64,000 bases of DNA from NCBI RefSeq assembly GCF_009834535.1, contig NC_045696.1, positions 57,848,001 through 57,912,000 on the forward strand, given 5' to 3'. This document shows positions 49,201-63,100 of this stretch, piece after piece. The notes beneath the pieces are model-generated. The model saw nothing but the letters and a program-made list of their open reading frames with translations, had not been told where the DNA came from and searched no databases. Position 1 is the stretch's first letter; each line of letters opens with the position of its first letter. Source of the stretch: Camelus ferus. Taxonomy: Eukaryota. Made by a program: the position numbers and the translations under genes.

Positions 49201-51185
49201 AGTCTTTTACAGGTCGAGTGCAGTAAACTAAAATGTTCTTTCAGCACAAAGCAGCACTAGAAAAAGTAACAGTTAAGAGATGGGAGTTGACTAGTTTTGC
49301 AGTGGCTGCTCCATCGATAACAGACATCAGACGGTATCCATCCAGAGCACAGACACAACTACAGACTAGATGCGAAGAATGCCTCACACGCTTGGCTGAT
49401 AAATGTCCTTTGTCTTTGTATCTTTGCACTTTGAATGAAGTGGATTTTTAAAAGTTTAAATCATGTCACATAAGTTGGCTGCTTAAATTACAACATGATG
49501 AGGTATGAAAGCTCTGAGTATCCCTAACGTTCAGCAGGATTTACCAGAGAAGTATAACAGTTTGTCAGGGGAACTTCCAAATAGTTACTTTGGGGTTATA
49601 ATGAATTCTAGAAGAGGACAAGATTAAAAAGGTTTAAAAGGATATTCTCTGAAAAAGAAGTGAGCAACTTTTCCTTCAGAATTCATTTTGAACAGCTCAT
49701 CAACAAAAAATCTTCTCAGATGGTGTGTCCCAACATTGAGTCGAGCTGGCCAACTAGCACCAAGAAGTCGTATTGAACTCAGTTGCAGTTCTCTTGGCAA
49801 TTAAGCTTATTTTTTCGTTCCAGTCCGAGCACAGATGTGGATCACTGAAGACAGCACTGGAAGCGCCATTTGCAGGTAGAGATTGAAGTCATCATTAAAA
49901 GAGCCAGAAGGTAGAAATTGTTTTTATTTTATGGGAGGGACTAGACTGGGCAGTACTAGTCAGAGATGAAATAAATCATAAGGGAACATGAGGTTATAAG
50001 AAAAAAAAAATCACTGCCCTTATTTGGGTTAAACAGGTCACATCAAGAAGATGGTTACTTAAGAAAAGGATGCTACTTACATGCAGCATGAATTCATTAA
50101 AATCAAGCTGCACCCAACTACGAAAAAAAGATTCCCTAAGAAACCTTTAAAAGTATGTGTTATTTGCCAGTCACAGAGGGGAAAAGCACCTAGGGTGAAC
50201 TCCAATTTAATAAGGACCTTGATCAGGACCACAAAGCCTGAAACATTTGTTTTAATGCAGAAACAGTCTCTAATCACACTGGTTAAGTCTGGGGAAATTA
50301 GAGGGGTTTTTGTTTTTTACTTTTTTATTGAATTACAAGATACGATTTTGATTACTAAGGATTCTAAATCTTCATACCAGCATTAGAACAGAACCACTTC
50401 CAAATCCTAAGACACATAAGACCAAAGAGAAGCAGCAGCCATACAAATTAATATGTGCCCCTCTCCTTTCTGCTCTAAGGGAATCTTCAAACCAGTATCA
50501 CATTAAGAGTCAAAGAGTTAATTCTTCAGCATTCCTGACAACTAGAAAGCACATTCACTGAAGGCTGAAGGTGAGGGAGCAGATGGTTTAACTTTAATAT
50601 CTGTGGAGAATGGTGCCAATAAAGGAAAGAAAAACCATCCAATCTCAGTAAGGAGTAATGCAAATTTGGCTAGAAAAAGCCACCAGGTAATCCAAGGGTT
50701 CACTGTGGAAGAACTCATGAAAAGTACTCTGAAGTACGTAACAAGTCTAAACATCTCTCCTGTTGCAAGTAGTTGTGTGAAATTCAAGATAAAGGTTTAG
50801 TCTCATCTTTTAATGTCAGTATTTTTCCCCACGTTAAAGGGAATGAGGAGGGGTCTGTCTTCCTCCACAAAAAAAGGGAGCCACATTAATATGTATATAT
50901 TCCCATGATTCTTTATAATATATAAGTGCGGATCTCCAAAGCCTAGGGGTTTTCCATAAGAGTGGGCCGTTCTGGTTACCCTTTTATTAGAAGGGTATTC
51001 CACCACAGAGAGCCAGAGGTTTTCCAGATGTGTGTAAGAGAGCAGGTGCGCAAGGCAAGCAAATGAGCGCAAACAGTATTATGGAAAACATTTGAGAAGT
51101 TAGCTCCATGAGGACTGTGGGCTCCACAAGAGGACTTGACTGGGTAGCCTGGTCTGACACGGGAACATGAAAGCAGAGTATTGCT
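46220..51185 (-). other. KPNA1: KPNA1 long 3'UTR (inferred ~5 kb; distal end uncertain)
   Basis: Repeat-poor sequence after the stop codon. Reverse-strand AATAAA at 50983-50988, 50324-50329 and 46237-46242. Confidence 0.55.
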
Positions 51186-51373
51186 TCAAAGCTGGAAACC
51201 TTCCATAGGAGCCTCACACTGCTGGAAGATGTACTGCTGCTGGCTAAGGTCAACCTGGGGTGCAATGCTGCTGTCCTCATCCTCGGTCCCAAAGTAATGC
51301 TCAATAAGGTCGAAGGCCTTCTGGTAGATCTCCTGGTTTTCATGACTCTGTAAGAACTCAATTTTATCCAGAC
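51186..51373 (-). CDS. KPNA1: KPNA1 (importin subunit alpha-5) last coding exon
   Basis: Acceptor ttcattctag; (G)[61 protein letters not shown], then TGA. Confidence 0.97.
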
Positions 51374-52790
51374 CTAGAATGAAGAACAAAAGATAATTTG
51401 TTGTGTATTTGTTGGAAATTCCAATAAAACTATTTTGCCGTATGTCTCTTTCCATGACGTAAATGAAGATTCTCTTCTATACGTATATTTTGTAAGCATT
51501 TTGCAACAGCATAGAAAGCATTGTGGGATTACATCTGAATATTAGTATTGCAAACTGACATCTTAAATACGTATGTAAGCAATGGCCAGTACCCCCAAGC
51601 AGCAATCTCTGTTAACAGTCACCACATCATCCAGTACCTAAGGCCAGAAGCAGAAGTGCTCCTACTGGACTGTATCTATGACCTAATTATTTCTTGGCTC
51701 TGGTTCTATCTACCTAGGCTCTGAGCTATCCAATATCATTTCAACGAATGTGTAATATCGTTAAATCAGCTAGAATCAATCTCTAGTGCTTAAACTAAGA
51801 AGTCCAACTAGAATAATTAGCCAGCACATTCCCTTTACTAAGTTTAAGCCCTGTGTGAGCTCGGCTTTCTTTTACCTACAGCCATAAGCAACCTAACTGC
51901 TACAGCAATACCGACAATAAATCTCAACACTGCTCAAAAGAAAAAAATACATATTCATGTACATATCCATATATAAATACACACATGCACATCAAAAATT
52001 AGTTCTCTCCTTGGAGAAAGATCATCTGAGAAGAGAAACATTTGTCTTTTTTATACATTTCAAAATTTCTTATACTAAGCAGGTATGTGTAGTTTTTACA
52101 ATCAGGTTTTTTTTAAAGTGGTGAAATGTTAGTCATTTTGGAAAACAAGTCTGCATTATCTGATAAATTTGAAGATGAATGTACCCTATGATCCCTAATT
52201 CCAATCTAAGGAATAAGTAAACCCTAGAGCGATGGTTTTCAACCCTGGCAATGCATTAAAATCACTTAGGGAACTTAAAAGGTTAGCATACTGATAAATC
52301 AATGATTAAGAGTACAGTTAAGACTGAGACTGGAAGAATGAGGAAACCAAAAGGCAGATGATGACTACTGTTTCTACTGACAACTCTTAGAAACCTTTAG
52401 ACTCAGGAATACAGGAATTGGCAGGGAAGAGGGGAGTGCAATTCAAAATCAGAACTCTTACAAAAGAAAAGGAGTGGAGTTGGGCATTGTCTACAGTAGA
52501 TATGGATGCTCTTGCGGCTCAGACTAGTAAGAATACAAGAGTACGTACAAGGGCAAGCAATCAGGGAACTAAGATCCTAAGAGCCTGGTGTAAAAGGGCT
52601 AAAGCAAAGGGTACTTCTCTTCACATCCACAATGCATATTCTTTTCCAGTTCTGCATACTGAACATGATTATTCGAAAGAAAAAAAAATTTTTGTATAAG
52701 TCTGCTAAAGGACAGATGTGGGCAGGCCAGAAAACCAAGGAGAAAAAGTAAAAAATAGTTTAAAGACATCTATTAAACACTCCATCTTAC

Positions 52791-52969
52791 CATAAGCTTC
52801 TTCAATCAAAGCGCAGTAAGGATTAATGCCAGTGCCGTTCCTTTTGGCTTCTTGTTCTCCAAGTCTCAGGATATTTTCCAAGCCATTTAGGGCAACTTGT
52901 ACAATCTTAGAGTCCATGACTGTGAGGAGATCACAGAGTGGCTTGATACAGCCCAGTTCTACGAGGTAC
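52791..52969 (-). CDS. KPNA1: KPNA1 penultimate coding exon
   Basis: (K)[63 protein letters not shown] boundaries; 179 nt, phase 2 to 1. Confidence 0.96.
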
Positions 52970-53335
52970 CTAAATTAATACAAAGAACAGTTCAGTCAAA
53001 CAAAGCTTTTAATTTCATAAAAAACTTTTATGAAATTGGTAGGAGGATCCTCCTCAAATTCACTGTAGAGATAAAAGTGGGCACTCATTCAACCATATAG
53101 CTGACACAAAAAAAGCTACAAATAAAGAAAAAAACAGTTCTGACACCATCTCCATTCTTTTTTCCCTCTACAATTATTAGACTCCAAGAAAATGGAATAT
53201 TCTCTTACTTTGAGTGAGTCATCAAAATAGTACACTTTTGATTAATTTCATTTTTGTTTCTATAGGTAACCACACCCCTGAAACAGGACCCACTTGGTGC
53301 TAAAGCCAGCACAGGCCCAATAGGCCAGTTCTATT

Positions 53336-54330
53336 TTATACAAAGAACTCTTAAAACTCAAAAGATTAGAAAACAACTCAATCTAAAAATGGGCAACAGA
53401 TCTCAACATTCATCTCAACAAAGATATACTGATGGCAAATAAGCATATGAAAAGATGCTCAACATCTTATGTGTCATTTGGGGGACTGCAAATCAAAACA
53501 ATGATGCCTCTACATACCTAGTAAAATGGCTAAAATCCAAAACACTGACAATACCAAATGCTGACAAGGATGCAGAGAAACAAGCAACTCTTTTTTTTTT
53601 TGCTGGTGAAAATGCAAAATAGGATAACCACTTTGAAAGACAGCTTGGTGGCTATTTTTTTCCCCCAAACCAAAGGTTTCCATTTGATCCAGAAATCACA
53701 CTCTTAATACATTTATCCACTTGAGATGAAAATTTATGTCCACACAAAACTTAATACATGAATATTTACAGCAGCTTTATTCATAACTACCAAAAACTAG
53801 GAGCAACCAGATGTTCTTCAGTAGCTGAATGAATAAATAAGCTGTAGTAATCCAGACAATGGAATATTATTCAGTGATAAAAAGAAATGAAATGAGCTAT
53901 CATGCCATGAAAAGATGTGAAGGAACCTTATATGCACATTGCTAAGTTAAAGAAGCCAATCTGAAAAGACTCCATACTAATATAATTACAAATATATGGC
54001 ATTCTAGAAAAGAAAATCTTTATAAAGGCAATACAACAGTGGCTGCCAGAGATTTGGGTAAGGGGATAGTAATAGGTAAAGTAGAGGGTAATTTTACGGC
54101 TGTTGGTAATACTACAATGGTGGAAACATTCATCAAAACCTGTAAATTACACAACACAGAGTGATCCTTAATATAAACTATGAACTTAATAATATACCTG
54201 TATTGGCTGATTAACTATAACAAATTAACCACACTAATGTAAGATTTTAACAGAAGAAACTTACAGGGGAAGGAAGGACACAGGAACTCTATACGATCAA
54301 TTCTTCTGTAAATCTAAAAATGTTCTTTTA
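53336..54330 (+). mobile_element. Ancient L1M 3' region
   Basis: aaagaactcttaaaactcaa...aaaatgggcaacagatctcaac...gcaaataagcatatgaaaagatgctcaacatc...caatggaatattattcagtgataaaaag. Confidence 0.8.
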
Positions 54331-57216
54331 AGTTTTAACTTTTTACAAGTAATTTTATGTCATATTAGTTTTATTATCTACTCAGAAATGAATTTAATAG
54401 GATTGTGCCTAATTTTATTTAAATATTTACTGACAATATGATATGTCCTAATATATATATGTATAACTGACTCACTTTGCTGTACACCTGAAACTAAATC
54501 AACTACTCTTCAATAAAAAAATTGAAAAGATGACAGGTCCTAGGAACAGAATAGGTCAGTCATCAGGCATAAAGCCATTTCTGACTATCTCCTCTTCCTT
54601 TATACCAGTTTTTAGTCCCTAAAACCTGTTAACAATTCCTTCAACATATCTATATAATTCTTTCTTTTCCTTAAAACAAAACTAAACTAAACTAAGCCTC
54701 TTTAGATTATACGTGTTAGTTGTTGCAAATTTGGGAAACACAGAAAAGCATAAAGAAAACTAAAAAGTACCCAGAGATAACCACCACTATTACATCCCAG
54801 TTGTGCTACTCTGATCTCTTTGCCTCAGTTTCCTCAACTGGAAAAGTCTGGGAACCACATGATTAAGTCTGTCACCAAACCCCACAAAATTTTAGAGCAG
54901 TTAATTAAATGACTTACATGTCTGCAGTTAATTACTGATCTATACAGGCAAGTCTATTGAACACCAATTGGTATATCAGAGACTTGTTCAGAATCTCCAG
55001 TTGTCCTCAAATTTGTTTCTAGACTATGCTTAATGTGATCTCCTCTCCTCGCTAGAACTCTTGGCTTAGTTCTAATCCTTATATTGCCTTTAAAAAATTC
55101 ATTTACTTTTTTAACAATGTCTGGTTGTGAAATCTTTTATATGGAAAACCAGTATATGGAAAACTTGATTGAGGATTAAAAACAAATTTTAAGTTACTCA
55201 GAAAGCTTCTAGAATTTGTATGTAATTAATTAAATGAATAAATATGAATTGACTATGATTGCTGATTAAAACTTTCTTATAAAAAAGCTCTACCCTTTAA
55301 ATCCAGAGTTTTGAAGATGTCAGTAGATTTTATTTGCAAATACGATACTAGTATTTTGTATTCAGGTACATTTCACTAAATGAGTTCCGGGTTCCCAATT
55401 CTAGCCATTTAAAGTATTTTAACATAGATTACTAGAAGTGTACAAACACAGCAAATGAAAACTTTCTTCCCAAGGACATACAAAATTAAAAAGCTCTGCT
55501 TTCAGGTCAATGATGGTATCTGGTATCACTGAGTCAGCTGATACTATTCCTTAAAAACCTCCTTACAAGATCAGAAGAATTTAAGGTGCTGTTTTCAGAT
55601 GCAACCACTCATCTTTGGAGATTTAAGACCACCATAGTGTTATTTCACCATTGATGCAAGTTTTCCTAAAAACAGTAATTTGCACCAAATAGCAAAACAG
55701 GTGATCAGGGTATGTGGGCTGTGTAGGAACTGGGAAGCCATATTGTTTTGTGAGAAGTACTCCAGGAAGGAGTGTTTCCTTGGGAAAGTTTGAAGACTTG
55801 AAAAGATGCATGGAAAACAAGCACAATTCTATTGTTTAAGTCTGGGAATGGCTCCTATGTGCAATGTATTTCAAACACTTGGATAAAGCAATCACTGGTG
55901 ATGGATGCTACCTGCTTTTGTTGCAGAAAAGGCTTCCATCAAGAAAATTTTCTGAGTAAGGACATTTAGTCCACAAGAATATATTATCTGTGAAAGAGAA
56001 TTATATTTCTAATCTGATTGGTAATTTTACATTTAGGAGTTCCTTTAGGAAGGAGAAATTTATGACCAAGAAATCCAGATACTCTACAACAGAGGAAAGT
56101 TAAAAGAGGCTGAAATAATAAAGTCAGATTTCTTTAGATGAGTAACAAACTATGTCTTAAACCCCCTCTCTCAAACAGGATTTTGCTTCTTCTGTGTCCT
56201 AATTTTTATCAACAGCACCACCATTTTCTCCAGTCATCTTTTGCTCTTTCCTTTCCTTCTATAACCTGCCACCAAGTCCTACAGATCCTTCTTTCCCATA
56301 ACCAGACCCGTAACTCCATGCTACAGCTATTAGCTTAATTCTGGCCATCACTGTATACTAAACTACTGCAGTAACATCTTAACTGCTCTACTCCTTCTCC
56401 TCTAAACACTGTCTTCTTCATACTACAGTCAATGTTAAAGACACTCCAAAGTCTTTCCAATATCCTAGATTAAGGCCTTCATCCTAGTTTTCAAAGTCCA
56501 TCAATTACTTAATTCCTCATCTTTGTGAAAGAATAACGTATAGAAAGAATGAGCTACCTCTTCCACTAACATTTGCCATGCACATTCCCTCACGTTTCTA
56601 ATGATATTCTCTCTCCTTCAAAATTGCCAAACCTCCGCCTAAATGACAAAATTTACCTTTCACGAAACTTTCTCTAATTCCAGGCAACATTCTTTAATCC
56701 TTCATTCTTAAAAACTGTAGTATGTACTAGCATTTGATTATATTTAACCTACAATTATGGATATTTTCTAAGTTATTCTAACTGGTTCTTGCATCTAAAT
56801 CTTTTCAACAAGAATAAGCAGAAGCCATACAGGTGCCTTTTATCAATGATAAAGTCAGTTTATTTTCTATAATTTGCACTGTAATATTTGTATAATAATC
56901 TTTCAAGGTAACTCTTTATCTGGTTGAGCAGAAACTGCTGGGAGATTAAAAGTTAACTTCATTATTATAAATAGCTATGCTGAATTTTTAAAAGGGATAG
57001 TACCATTCTACTCCTAACAGTAAAATACCCCTGAATATCTTTTGATGAAAGACACTATAGTATTTTATAAATGTTTTAAAAATATGTATGTGTACAGTTT
57101 AACCATTTCAATTAAGAAAACATTTGGTATAAAATATTGAGACAAAAATTATAAATCTGAATTTGAACATAAAACTTGACTATCAACTGTTCTAGTAACT
57201 TCTAAATTACTTCATA

Positions 57217-57235
57217 CTACTGCCATCTGGTGGTG
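57217..57235 (-). promoter_or_regulatory. CTCF-like motif, reverse
   Basis: Reverse strand CACCACCAGATGGCAGTAG matches CCASYAGRKGGCRS. Confidence 0.6.
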
Positions 57236-58270
57236 GCATGCTCAAAATCATAGTACCCCAGAACCAGAATTTTGAAGGTTGAAAAAGATGCAATTTCATA
57301 TAAATATATGCTTCTGAATGAAGACCACTTGAAGTCTTCCTGAATAACCTATCCATGATTAACTTCACTGAAATAGCTGCTGCATTAATCTACTTAAATT
57401 TTATTATTTCAGTACATACTACTTATCTTCTGTAACTGATCAATTTCTGAAATCTTAGGACTATTTTTATCTTTTCATTTCTAAATTCCTAACTGAGCAC
57501 TAAAAGTTAGCATTAGTTGAGTGCCTACATTTAACCCATAAAGCAACAATATGAGAAGTAGCTATGTTTCCCCGATATTACATATGTGGAAGGGGTTAAT
57601 GCTTTAATACTCATTGGAAACTGTCTTCTCATCTGAATTCCCCATAAAGAAAGCTGAGGCAGGCTAAGAGTCTTGTTCTTTTTTTATGTCTGTAATTAAG
57701 CACTGAACTACATGATGTTCCTCTGAGGAACTGATTTCTGTCCATATTTATGCCTTCTCTAGCCATTAAGATTATAAGCTGCTGCTCAAGGGGCCAGTTA
57801 AGTCTCAAGCTGATACAAACCTCTCCCTTTACTGAAGAACACAGTGCTTTAGGAGACTTGCCTCTACTGATTTGGACACTTTATTCTGAGATATAAATCT
57901 CTTCCAAGTCTAATCCAGTTCTACTACTAAGCCACCTAAACTAGAAATACAAGATTTAGCTATTAAAGTTGGACTCCAAGGATTCTGTAAGTAACCTTTT
58001 ACACTACCCAAGATGTTTCTAACCAAGCTCCTCCAGAGTAGGCTCAAGCCACCCCATAAGTATTTCCATTGCTTCAAACCTCAACTATGCTTTACTTCTC
58101 ACATCCCAGAATTATTTTCTCCAAGAAAGAACAGGAGGGGTATAAGGAATTAAATATACACTGGATTTAATTATGAAACTAGGAACAATCATCCAAGAGG
58201 CTAGAATTGAGCATTCTTAATTGGCAGACATAATAATTCTCCTTTAATTTACTACCTGGTTAGTACTTAC

Positions 58271-58398
58271 TTGATCTGTTCAGCTGATCCTCCAGAAGTT
58301 GCATTTGTGATGGCCCAAGCTGCTTCTTTCCTTGTCCGAAACTCAGCAGTTTGTAATATACTAATGAGGGCTGGAAAAATATTGGCATCTATCACAGT
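58271..58398 (-). CDS. KPNA1: KPNA1 coding exon (ARM repeat)
   Basis: [42 protein letters not shown] plus 2 nt; 128 nt, phase 0 to 2; donor AA|GTAAGT. Confidence 0.96.
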
Positions 58399-59990
58399 CT
58401 GAAATTAAAGAAAAATTATAGAGAAAGGGAAATTACAAGATTTATAAAGATGTTCATGATACTAATTTTAACTTTTCAGTTGCTTCATTAATGACACCCC
58501 TTGCCCTATTAAAAAGTAAACTGGAAGGAGTTAATTCATTATCCCTAAGGACTTTCTGGTTATACTTGGTATCACTGACAACATCCTCCCTGGAGTTTGT
58601 AACTTTATAATCTTCTGGTTTTCTACCTGAGTTCTTCTCTCTTTTATTGTTCTCTCTTGTTCTGCTCATAATCTGCTATTCTCATTTCTCTCACAGCATC
58701 CACCGCACCCTGACATGTGTGTTTTAACTCTCAAGTCCTCATTTCTCACTGGAGCCCCGCCCAAGGTGGCTAACAGCTTACTTTACATCTGCTTATCACC
58801 TTAAACATATCATCTGCTCTTTATATCAGGTCTCCTTTCAAACCTCCTTAATTCACAAAGGCTCTTTTTGTGTTTATTTATTTATTCTAAATCAGTCACC
58901 AAGTCTCCTTTACATTCTCAGTTAAAACATCCTTAGTCTATCTTTTCCTTTCCTTTAGCACTGCCACTATCCTATTCCAAGCCACCACCTCCCACCCAAA
59001 TTACCAGAAGAGCCTTTAGCTGGACAGAGTACTTTTTACTCAATCCCTCTCAAATACTAAAGTAGTCTTCCACAAATTGCTTTCATTTCATCTTTCTCCT
59101 TAGCTCAAGAACCTAAAATGGGTTCATATCATTTCCTGTATCATGAAACTGAGAAATTTCACATAAGAGCTTGATGGTAGCAGACAATCAGCTGCAGCTG
59201 AAATCACCTTGTATGCAAGCTATAAATTGCTACAGCTATCAGTCTCAGTCCCTGACAGCCTTCTGGGGATGACTAACCACGCTTCCTTTCCTGGTCAAGA
59301 ACTCTATCACACCAGTGAAGGAAGTCAGCAAAACTTAGTGGAAAGATGCTTCATCTTGATCCTTTCATTTACTACAAGTATCCTTGAGCAAATCATTTTA
59401 TTTCTGAGTCTCAGTTTCATTTTTAATTGAGAATGTTGGATTAGATGACCTCTATGATTCCACTCAGCTCAAAGTCCCATAAATCTGTATTATATCTTTT
59501 CCAACTTCTTGTTCTAGCCTTTCTCATGGCCCAATGCTGAACCATTTGGCCCAGCCACTTGGGTTACTCTTCCACCAACATAAGAACAAAAGTAAAGGGT
59601 CCCCAAAGGTCCATGAAAAACTTGAGCAATCCAACACGTGGGTCCACTAGAAAATAAACATTTTACTTGGCAAGAATAAAACCAATCTGTTTAGCATAAA
59701 GCTGCTTCTGAAGATGCTTCCCATCAAAACATTTTGAAAATACAAGACACTGTTTCTCAGATTTTGGCAAATCATCAAATATTAAAGGCAAAGGGAAAAA
59801 CTAAGGCCTAACTGTAAGTTTCAAAAGATTTAACCTCTATAATTTGGATAAAACAGTAGACTAAACAAGACAGCAATATTGCAAATTAGTTGTCTCCAAG
59901 GCAATAATGAAAAAAATATATTTTTAAAGGCTTACTGAAAAAAACTTACTTAATAAAAATATAAAAAAAGGATAGGAGCTATGAGATTAC

Positions 59991-60116
59991 CTGGATCTGT
60001 GCCCTATTTCCAGCTGTGATATTAGATATTGTCCAACATGCTTCTTTTTTGATAGATTCCTTTGGGCTACTCAGCAAATGCAATAAACTCTGCAGAGCTG
60101 AGCAATTCAAAATCAC
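59991..60116 (-). CDS. KPNA1: KPNA1 coding exon (ARM repeat); upstream exons presumably lie right of the window
   Basis: [42 protein letters not shown]; 126 nt, phase 0 to 0; donor CAG|GTAATC. Confidence 0.96.
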
Positions 60117-63100
60117 CTAAACGAAAAGTTTGAAAATTTTACTTATTATATTGATCCAAACAGAAGTAAACCTTTAACTCAATGACTTTATTTTAGGAAA
60201 ATATAGGCAAAGGAATGATATCTCCCCTTGAAATTTTAGAAATAATTTTATATATGTAAAAAGTATTCACAGCTAATAAGAATTCACTTCTAAGATTATC
60301 TAAGCAGTTTCATTATATACACTCACAACTGCCAAACATACTTATATTAATAAGGTACAACAATGTATTAATCATTCACCATTATGCCAACAGCATATTA
60401 AAATATCTTCTGGATGGGTAAATATAGCAAGTGGCCAGAAATTCAGAAATGGTCTCAGACTTTTAAGTCTTCTAATAACTCTCTAGCTGGTAGTCAATGA
60501 GCCAATACATACTTAATGAAGTACACTAGGTGATCTGTAGGATATAAAGCTAAAAAGTATATGCTCCCAGCTATCAAACAGCTTACAAAGGTGAGGGAAG
60601 TAAGACAAAGACACATGAACAAAGAGATCTACTCTACCAGAAACTACAATAAAATTATAATGATTAAAATAATATTTGGCAGGCTCAAGAATCAACCACT
60701 GAACAAAAGAATAGATATCTAGTCTAGAAACAAAAATGCAAGTATTTATAAGAATGAGGTGTACAATAAAGTTAATCCCCTCTTCCTCCAATGACTGGTA
60801 GTCTTACTTAATAGATGGTATTAAAATAAGGGGATTAATTGACAAATATTTTATAAAATCAATTCTTAACCCCAAACAGTTACTAAAACAAATCTGCAAT
60901 CAATTTAAAGAGTAAATATAAAAAAGAAACTATAAAACAAAAGAAATATCAATAGCTGATTTGGGGACTTCCAAATATAAAAACAACATTAGAAATTATA
61001 GGGGGAGAAATTAACATTTCACTAAATAAGAATTTTTACATGTCAAAAAATAGTATGAAAATTAAAATGCAAACCACACAATGGGAAAAAATATTTGCAA
61101 CTCATAAGAGGGTTGCTATCTTTAATATGTAAGTTGATAAGAGAAACTACAATTTTAGTAGAAAATTACCTCTCAAAGTAACAAAAGAAATACAAATTAA
61201 AATGAAACCAATTTTTGCCTATTAAATTAACTCAAGAAATAACAAAACTTGTGGTTAACCAGGTACAATCATTCCAAACAACTATAAAAGATGTCACAGA
61301 GCAATTTTTTAAATGTCAAAGATGTGGTGTGGAAAATAAACATGTCAGAAGTTAAATATAATACTTGAGGAGTAGTCAGAAAAAAAGACTTCATGGGGTT
61401 CATAGGAAACACAGATAGGATTTCATAAGCAGAGGGAAGACAAAGCAGATAGATCAGAAGTGAAAAAATGAGGAGATAGGCTACAACAGGGTACCAAAAT
61501 AAGAAAAGAAGAGATTAGTGAGGCTATTAAGGAAGGGTTCTGTACCCAAAAAATTAATAGGCTAGAAAGAAGAATGAAACTAAAATATTAAAGTACAAAC
61601 TCCTGAGGATCTTTCAAGTTCTTTATCTCATAGGCATTAAGAAAGCTCATTGTTTCTAGGAGGAAAGTAATGTGAACAAGCTTATTTTAGGAAAGATTAA
61701 GCTGTTATTAGGGAGAATAAACTGAGAGGGGTAAATGTCTAGGAGAGGAGGAGGATAGATAAGATGGGTACAGCAACCACTCCTGTGTGTGAAAAACAGG
61801 GACTAATACATGTATCTAGAAACACTAACAATCAGTAAGACTTGTTGACTTGCTGTGAGACATGAAGCCACCAACTATGACTGCAAAGTTTCATGTGTGG
61901 GTGAATAGTTGTATCATTAACTGAAGTAGAAAAAGATCAAAACTTGGAACTCACTTTGTGGGAGAGAAGATAAACTGAGAAGGACAAATGTCAGACACAC
62001 AAGCAGAAGTATCTGACAGGTACTGGAGACATGGGACTGGAACTTGACAGAGGATGGAACTAGACATAGATTTAGAACTTCAATTATTCAGTAAATATTT
62101 TTTGAGTCTCTATATATTATTGCAGGAACTATTAGATTATAGAAGCACAAAAGTGAGCAGGATTGACACAGGCACCCCTCTAGAAGCTTACAATCTAGCA
62201 AACAGTTACAATACAATGTGATAAGTGCTATGATGGATGAAACAAAAGGAGGCACACCTAATATGACAGTAAGCTGCTCGGAGAAAATAATGTTAGTAGG
62301 AAGACTTGAAGAATGAGAAGACATTAATGGCAGAGTATGGATTTTTGAATAGCAAATATACTGATATGGTTTTAAAGCAGAAAATAAAAAGGACTATATA
62401 GTTAAAAGCCTCCTTTCCATTCCTATACCCGAGCTACCCAGTTCTCCAGAGACAACCGATGTTATTAGCTTTCTGTATATGTTTCTAGAGGAATTTTATG
62501 CAAATACAATCAAACACATTATTATTTTCTTTTCCTCTCCTTCTGTTCCCCCTTTACACAAATAGTAAAATATCCTACACACTATTCTGCACCACCTCCC
62601 TACTTTAAAACAACAGATACTGGAGATCCTTCCATATATGTGCTTAATAGCCTCTTCATTCTTGTTGCATAGCATTCCATTATACAGGTGCCAGATATTA
62701 AAGAATCTTAAACACCATCCAAGGACAAGAAGGGGCCATAAAATATTTTAAGAGGATGACACAATCAAATGTGCATTTTACAAGCATCCTTCTGGTGATA
62801 TAGGAATGGTACAAGAAAGGCCTGAACTAAGCACTGTAAGGGATGAACAGTGATGGTAATTTACCGACTGATGAAAAAGGTAAAGAGGGAAAAATGGAGC
62901 TTATGTCAGATTTTTGGCTTGGGCAACTGCTGATGCCATTCACTAAGACAGGAACATAAAGTAGAGGTCCAGATATACCAGGGGAAATAATGAGTTCCCT
63001 TGTGGATAAAATACATTTAAAGTAAATATTAAGAGTTGGAAGACACCTGAGAACAAATTCAGTCTCCTTAATTTCAGAGATTAAAAAAGTGAAAACATCA

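Larger units (their letters stand above)
45637..59813 (+). pseudogene. Candidate decayed multi-exon gene or spliced antisense lncRNA overlapping KPNA1 (exon-like blocks 45637-45671/45741, 45880-45912, 47978-48149, 53266-~53335, 54829-54947, 55366-56137, 57763-57986, 59518-59813)
   Basis: Each block has a polypyrimidine-AG acceptor, most have a GT/GC-type donor, and the phases chain. In-frame stops are present and the protein family was not recognised. Confidence 0.3.

Noticed and set aside
54810..54850. Acceptor of antisense block e as independent evidence for an ancestral exon
   Set aside because: tgcctcagtttcctcaactggaaaa also resembles the MIR core, so this acceptor may be repeat-derived; it was down-weighted.
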